This document shows positions 47,338 through 54,062 of a stretch of 54,062 nt of DNA, in pieces. The position numbers and the translations under genes were made by a program. Every line of letters starts with the position of its first letter. Position 1 is the stretch's first letter. The notes under the pieces were generated by a model. That model worked only from the letters and a program-made list of their open reading frames with translations. It made no database searches and was not told the DNA's origin. The stretch is from Schmidtea polychroa. Its lineage: Eukaryota. Location of the stretch: the NCBI GenBank assembly GCA_044892525.1, contig CM097888.1, forward strand, positions 443,939 through 498,000. The letters run 5' to 3'.

Positions 47338-50211
47338 CAATAATCAATAATAATCAATAATAATAATCAATAGCAATGACAATAATCAATAATAATAATC
47401 AATAGCAATGACAATAATCAATAAGGATAATCAATAAGACCCCCTGGAAAGATATAACCTATATAACCCTTATTAGCCACGAATTCACCCATTCATAATA
47501 GTTGCACTTACTCAAGAGCCTTTGGAACAAGATTCGTGTCCATGATGTAAAGAGAGTTATCGAAAAGACTATCGAAATCCCTAGGAACTTCCTCACTTTC
47601 CTGCAAACAGCATTTGAGCTCATCAGCAAGACTAGCAATGTCAGGAGATTGGAAATAATCTGAGATGTCGGGATCAGTGGCATCAATAGAATTGAGAGTG
47701 ATTTCATCTGTAGTAAGGATTTGCATCACCACTTCTAGAAGCTTGATATTTTCCTCTTTGACAATGTAGGCGTCAGAAAACATATGGCCACTGCCAATGA
47801 CCATTAAGCGGCCTCCGTTGTCCTCCTTGCTGCGAAAGTAGCCACAGACTGGCCGATTTTGTGGGAACGAAACACTGCCCGATGATAGCAGCGCTACAGC
47901 TGGCTTGACAATGTTCACAGTGCAACCATAGGGATATAGAAACTGTAGTGATTGTTTGTGACTCGAGTCATCTTCCATCACAGCTAATGGTGCTTTGCCA
48001 GCAGCTTCACCGAGAGCTCTAGAATTGGTATAGGTGAATTGACATTTCACAATAGATATGGGCAATAATTTGTAATCAACATGGCAGGGTTAAAGGTTTT
48101 GGAAACGAATACAAAATTGAATAAACAGTTTAAAATAACGGGGGGAAATTTACTGAGACCCTTAAATTTGTGTGCTAACAACATCAAAATAAAGCTATGG
48201 CCCTGTTAGTAAACCAGTTCTGGTATATAAATATCAACATGATCAAAAACTTGCGGCCTTGTACCTTGTTAATAGGGATAACAAATGCCAATATTACCGA
48301 AAATTGACGACGCTTTTTTCTAAATGGCCCACTATAAATGGCCTACTATAAATGGCCTCCTATAAATGGCCTCCTATAAATGGCCTCCTATAAATGGCCT
48401 CCTATAAATGGCCTCCTATAAATGGCCTCCTATAAATGGCCTCCTATAAATGGCCTCCTATAAATGGCCTCCTATAAATGGCCTCCTATAAATGGCCTCC
48501 TATAAATGGCCTCCTATAAATGGCATCCTATAAATGGCCTCCTATAAATGGCCTCCTATAAATGGCCTCCTATAAATGGCCTCCTATAAATGGCCTCCTA
48601 TAAATGGCCTCCTATAAATGGCCTCCTATAAATGGCCTCCTATAAATGGCCTCCTATAAATGGCCTCCTATAAATGGCATCCTATAAATGGCCTCCTATA
48701 AATGGCCTACTATAAATGGCCTCCTATAAATGGCCTCCTATAAATGGCCTCCTATAAATGGCCTCCTATAAATGGCCTCCTATAAATGGCCTCCTATAAA
48801 TGGCCTCCTATAAATGGCCTCCTATAAATGGCCTCCTATAAATGGCCTCCTATAAATGGCCTCCTATAAATGGCCTCCTATAAATGGCCTCCTATAAATG
48901 GCCTCCTATAAATGGCCTCCTATAAATGGCCTCCTATAAATGGCCTCCTATAAATGGCCTCCTATAAATGGCATCCTATAAATGGCCTTCTATAAATGCC
49001 CTTATTGCCAAATGTTCCCCTTGCCCTTTCCCTTTCACAATAACTGGACAATAAGCCCCACCGCAACGGTTTATCTCAATCCACCAATCAAATCGCTTCT
49101 TTGTCATTTTGCTAATTAATTGGCATCTAAGGAGGAGAGATTGCGCATTTCGATACAGCAATAGCCAGGACATCGCAGGCAAATCCCCTTAGCCAAACGG
49201 TGTTCCCTATCAGCGTTCCCTTTCCCTGGGGATTGGAGGGGGCGGGTAACAACAGAACCGAACCAGACAGGCGCACCCAATATTGAAGGATCCGAATGCC
49301 GGGGAAATATATAGCTCATAATTGCATTGGATCACATCTCCAGCAAAACCCCATCAATTAGCACCAATTTTCCCCGTGGCTGGAACAAAATCCCGCAAAG
49401 TTTTTGTTAACGATACAGAAAAAATTCACAAAAAATTAATTAATTAATCGAATTAAATTCTAAATTTTAATAATTTTTCATCGATATATTTTCCTAAACA
49501 TTCCCATCAGAAAATAGCCCAATCAAAATCATACACACAAACTCTTATCAACAGCCAATCAGAGGCGGCCAATCAAATGTTGAATGTATTATTAATATTA
49601 TTCTTACAAAATTTACAATTGAAATGAAATCATAGAAAATTACCGATTAAGAACTCCATTTGGTATTAGAGCTTCCTTGGGATGAAAGTATTTGTAATAA
49701 CAAGTACGAATGACGGCGTCTAGAAATCCATAAATCAACTCTATCATTAATGCATATTATGACTCACCGTTATTCACTGAAATTCCATATTGTTCCAAGA
49801 AATAATTTATATTGTTGTTGTATTTTGCTTCTCCATTTTCTTCCATCAACACTAAAATCGATCCTCCACTCTCAATGTAGCATTTCATAGCGTTAAACTA
49901 TAAATTGCGATAATCTCAAAAGATGAATAAAAAGTCTAAACACACTTCTGCAACACTGAATTTGTCTTTCGGGCAGGCAATAATCATTAATTTAGAAAGA
50001 GATAAGTTTTCAGCTGTGATTTCATCTTCATTGCTTAATAATGATGCGAATGTTTCCTTATAATTGTAATAATAACTAGATCTTACGTTATAACTTTCCA
50101 TGAAGATTTCAAACGTTTATGAAACTCCTTATAATTAGAATTAATATTGAAAATTTCATTTTTGGAAATATTAAAAACTATATTTTTTCCAACTGAAAAA
50201 TTTTTAATCAT
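45524..50211 (-). CDS. IFT52: Intraflagellar transport protein 52, complete 7-exon gene: join(50211-50087, 50033-49946, 49897-49768, 49719-49644, 48018-47512, 45918-45722, 45675-45524), 424 aa
   Basis: All introns are GT-AG with matching phases, and the CDS totals 1275 nt. The peptides are collinear with IFT52 (see exon entries). Confidence 0.95.
45722..45918 (-). CDS. IFT52: IFT52 coding exon 6
   Basis: SFESLKVKHEALTLITPQFETPLPPLQPAVFPPTFKELEAPALDLFDLDEEFSTEKVRLAQLTNK, bounded by acag| and |gtgagc. Confidence 0.96.
47040..47435. repeat. Degenerate (AAT)n / AATCAATAAT low-complexity repeat in IFT52 intron 5 (similar patch at 46060-46182)
   Basis: Pure (AAT)n at about 47261-47336, flanked by AATC-interrupted variants. 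Confidence 0.88.
47512..48018 (-). CDS. IFT52: IFT52 coding exon 5
   Basis: ALGEAAGK..FLYPYGCTVNIVKPAVALLSSGSVSFPQNRP..HMFSDAYIVKEEN..CLQESEEVPRDF, bounded by ctag| and |gtaagt. Confidence 0.96.
48321..49000. repeat. 14-bp minisatellite (TATAAATGGCCTCC), about 48 copies, in IFT52 intron 4
   Basis: Directly visible and very homogeneous, with rare GGCATCC/CCTAC variants. Confidence 0.97.
49644..49719 (-). CDS. IFT52: IFT52 coding exon 4
   Basis: (D)AVIRTCYYKYFHPKEALIPNGVLN(R), bounded by ctag| and |gtaatt. Confidence 0.94.
49768..49897 (-). CDS. IFT52: IFT52 coding exon 3
   Basis: FNAMKCYIESGGSILVLMEENGEAKYNNNINYFLEQYGISVNN, bounded by atag| and |gtgagt. Confidence 0.93.
49946..50033 (-). 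CDS. IFT52: IFT52 coding exon 2
   Basis: NEDEITAENLSLSKLMIIACPKDKFSVAE, bounded by taag| and |gtgtgt. Confidence 0.9.
50087..50211 (-). CDS. IFT52: IFT52 coding exon 1
   Basis: MIKNFSVGKNIVFNISKNEIFNINSNYKEFHKRLKSSWKVI, with donor AC|gtaaga. The start codon choice is less certain than the internal exons. Confidence 0.82.
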
Positions 50212-51088
50212 GATGATAAATTCTAATTTTCAAATATGTTTTGTTTACCATAGAGATTTGATAAGTCAGATATTCAAACAACTCGAATGAATTTTAATTA
50301 TTTAAAAAGATTGTTTGTTGACTTAAATTTAATAGTTATTTTTAGTCTGACAAAAATGTCAAAATTAAAAATTAAGTTGATTTAAGTCAAAATTTCAAGA
50401 TATTTTCCTTGCTTTATATATAGCAAAAATTCCAATTACAATAATATTTAAAACAGTCCTAACAATGTAACCAGCAATTTGTAATCTCGTGGCCTTGGCT
50501 GTGGGAAGAACAATATAATATTTCTTATCTCTAATTTAAAATTAATTTAATCAAGTTTGTGTGAGGAAATAGGAGCAAAGCTAATATTAAATACATTGAC
50601 TTTCTCAACGACGAGTTAAAACGAACAGCCTTAAGTTGTATCAGGAAAAGATGTATTTTTTAAGTCAAAAATAAGAAATGCGTGACCTTGTTTAAATAAA
50701 TCACTGACTCTAAAGAACTTCGGGCACTAACTCAAAATAAATTTCTAAGGCCTTAGTTATAAGTGTTTTTCAACGATAGAGTCATTCGTATAGCTCAATA
50801 AATAAGAGTGACAAATATACGTCAACTAAACGATATCAGCCACGAGTAGTATTGGAATTGTGTTTTAGCTAGATGGTACCTGAAATCAAGGTTAAATACT
50901 TCAGGCCCTACTGTGTTTCCGATTTCCATGATTTCAGGTGTCAATAAAATGCAATATTTCAACTTTTAGTAGAGATGTCAATTAGATTGTTATATACATT
51001 CTCACACATTATTACCGTGTCTTTTCCTCATTTTCTTTCCCCACTCCATATTTGGCAAACGTATTGTGATGATATTATTTAAGTGTAT

Positions 51089-51361
51089 TGTTGGTTATTT
51101 AGGGGTGTGCCCTTTTTACAATTTAAAATACGTTAGGGGTAATCATAATCGTTCGACTCTTTCCTAAGCACCTCCATGACTATTGCAATTTAAACCATTT
51201 GTGTACCCATGGCGACGACCATGTTGGTACTGTACACAAAGGTGAAAAAACAATGAGCAGGTGAGCTCTATTACTAAAACTACTCCCCATTGGATTTTCT
51301 TTTCGGGTTCTAGACTGCCGATAGAAGGTCTTACGTCCTTATTCACTATATATGCTATTTT
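51089..51361. repeat. 273-bp direct repeat, copy 1
   Basis: Identical to 53563-53835 except for one substitution (TTAGGGGTAA vs TTAGGCGTAA). The offset is 2474 bp. Confidence 0.95.
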
Positions 51362-53562
51362 ATTATAAATTTTTTTTATAAATTTTTATTATATATATTA
51401 TAAACAAGCACACACAAACACGGCTCGCAAGACACATGCAACAGGATATTGATCCAACAAGGGTATTTAATCAGCTGAAATTTTCCAATTTAAAATTAAC
51501 AACAAAAATTGACGAGGATGTTTGTAACCTCATCAGAATCGCCTATTTCGTAGCCAAATGTGTAAGCTTTTCATTTAAACTTGAGACATTTTATAAAATC
51601 TATATGGAATGGCCATTGCTGACAACGAAAGAATCATCAAATCCATGGCGGATGGCCATAATTATCACGAATCAGGCCACATTCTCGGAATCCAACGGAA
51701 TACAAAAATCGGCACCATAAATAAAATTTACTAACATTTTTAGAATAGAAATTTCACTACAGTTGTTTAGGACACTTGTGATATTTTATTACAGACAAGG
51801 CAGACAAACATATAGAGTCAAGTCAATAACACTAAGACGCATAAATCAACACTACTTATACAACACACGAATTTATAATGGAATATTTCACGCATATATA
51901 AAAAAAAATTTTGAAATTACCACTATCCTGAGATTAATAACACCAAATAAAATTGATGGTTCTGACCAGTGGACATGATTTATTAATACATTGATTATCC
52001 CATTACCGACTAACAATAATTATTTAAGTGCATATAAATTTATATACAAGTACAAAATGCTATAGTAACATAATTAATAATCATTTCCATACCTGCAAAT
52101 TTGACAATTTTCTGTTTTATTTTAACCAATTAAATCAAAAATAGAAAGCCATACATAATTTTATTAAAAACTGAATTTTAAAATACTTATAAAACATACT
52201 TGATTTAATTAGTAAAGTCCATAAAATCAATAAAAATATATATAACCATTCCACCTATACTGTACTGAAAAATCGCTCAAAGTTTTATTCGACATCGACA
52301 AAAACAACGAAACGAACCGAGAGAAAATCACCATGAATCGAAGAACTAATCAAATTTCCAGCATCATTTTCAAAAGTAAATATTCGAATCATTATTCCAA
52401 TTGATAGACATATTAACATCAATAAAAACAAATTCCATTTTCGTTTTGTAAATCTCATAAAATTTCAATTTCATCTGAACACTACAGCAAAAATCCAAAT
52501 CCACAAGAAATGAAACCTAAAATCAAGAAATAAATAATTGTTACACATCGCGTTTCTGATTGGCTGACTTTCATAAACGTAAATCATCCATACCTGTACA
52601 TTGCATCCAAATCTCGCACCAACTTTCGAGCACACATCACAACTGACACTCTCAAATCATTAGCGTTCACAACGCCATCTCCACTCAACCATAAAACGTT
52701 TAAGTACCGTACCTACGTCAATCATTCTCCACTCACCCTCACCACCGATACACAATTTCCATACAATATTGCTCAAATGCGCGTCTGAACACGCCCTTGA
52801 GTTGAATTGCGCGTTGCGCATCACTGCGTTTCCTCGTTGAAACCAGTTCAGAAAAAGTTAAAACTATGAAAATGGGTAAAATCTTGTCTGAACATGTCGG
52901 TGTCTCCAAAGTTGGTTATAATACCATGAAGCATGTGTAGACTTGTCAGATAGAATGCTTTGAATAATAGATCGGTAAATAGATCAAAAAGTTTTCGGAA
53001 AAACTGAATAGTTGAAAAGTAGTACAAATTGTGTATTCCATTTTCGTTTTGGGAGCAAAATTTTATCCGATGAATAATATTATTGTAATCTGGCTCTATA
53101 ATTGTGTAGTTAATGATTAATTCATTTTATGTGCAATAGCATTGATAACGTTAAATGAACACTATGGCCAGATTATTCAATTTGTATTTATTTGTTCGCA
53201 CAGATGTTGGATGAATAAATATTTTTAAATAACTATTGCAGACCGAGTAGTGATTATTATTATTATTATCATTATTATATGAATGTTGATTATAATAAGT
53301 TTAAATCAAATAAATATAAAGAAATAATAAACATAGCGCCAATTTGTAAATCATAACAAATTTTTCTTAAAACTGGTAAAATTTACTATTAATTTTTTAG
53401 AAAATGATTATTATTATATTTTATTTTCATTTGTTGGAATCTTATTAATTTCAAATTAATATTGTCATTGCATTACATTTTGCTTCAAATTTGTGTTCAT
53501 TCTCCTATTCATTGTGTACGTTTTGTATTTTCAAGTAATCCCGGCTGAGCCCCCAAAAATCA

Positions 53563-53835
53563 TGTTGGTTATTTAGGGGTGTGCCCTTTTTACAATTTAA
53601 AATACGTTAGGCGTAATCATAATCGTTCGACTCTTTCCTAAGCACCTCCATGACTATTGCAATTTAAACCATTTGTGTACCCATGGCGACGACCATGTTG
53701 GTACTGTACACAAAGGTGAAAAAACAATGAGCAGGTGAGCTCTATTACTAAAACTACTCCCCATTGGATTTTCTTTTCGGGTTCTAGACTGCCGATAGAA
53801 GGTCTTACGTCCTTATTCACTATATATGCTATTTT
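53563..53835. repeat. 273-bp direct repeat, copy 2
   Basis: See copy 1. The duplication explains the duplicated ORF NKDVRPSIGSLEPEKK in the ORF track. Confidence 0.95.
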
Positions 53836-54062
53836 TGGATCGATGTTGGTCCTCAATTACGGGTATTTTTAATTGTTCTCTTATAAAATTTTGTGCAGGG
53901 ATCCGTCCTTATTTCCCAGCTAGTAATTATTGTTCTACACTTCCTACAATATTTAAATTATCCTTTGAAAAATTTGCGCAGGGATTGGCCCTTATTTTCA
54001 AGTTAATCCACACTTGCCATGATATTTAAATTGTTCTTCAAAGATTTTGAGCAGGGATCTGC

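Noticed and set aside
51089-53835. 273-bp direct repeats as LTRs of a TRIM/LARD
   Set aside because: The repeat starts with TG but has no CA end, PBS, PPT or target-site duplication. It is kept only as a duplication.

Overview
AT-rich eukaryotic (animal) genomic DNA with 14 N-gaps (about 5.2 kb in total). There is no prokaryotic gene structure and no CRISPR array. The species cannot be fixed from the sequence, but metazoan-type genes, 46-53 nt introns and the transposon families fit an invertebrate such as a flatworm. Three host genes were reconstructed by hand: a synaptotagmin-like C2A/C2B gene (+, three visible exons, 28.55-40.93 kb), an intronless metazoan-type kynureninase (+, 41199-42566) and a complete 7-exon IFT52 (-, 45524-50211, 424 aa). 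Mobile DNA comprises a structurally intact 2563-bp piggyBac (TTAA TSDs, perfect 16-bp TIRs, open DDD transposase), a young ~5.0-kb Ty3/Gypsy element (one nonsense codon, one microsatellite frameshift), a 351-bp TA-flanked MITE, and decayed Penelope, MULE, RLE-LINE and Gypsy fragments. There is also a deletion-riddled actin pseudogene, five large tandem arrays (12, 14, 21, 21 and 26 bp units) and a 273-bp near-perfect duplication upstream of IFT52. Most long ORFs in the supplied track are artefacts of satellites or N-runs. I found no single clearly new multi-gene system. The best leads are the possibly active piggyBac, a kynureninase with a hybrid specificity triad, the Gypsy translation signals, the collapsed actin copy and the frame-preserving heptad satellites.
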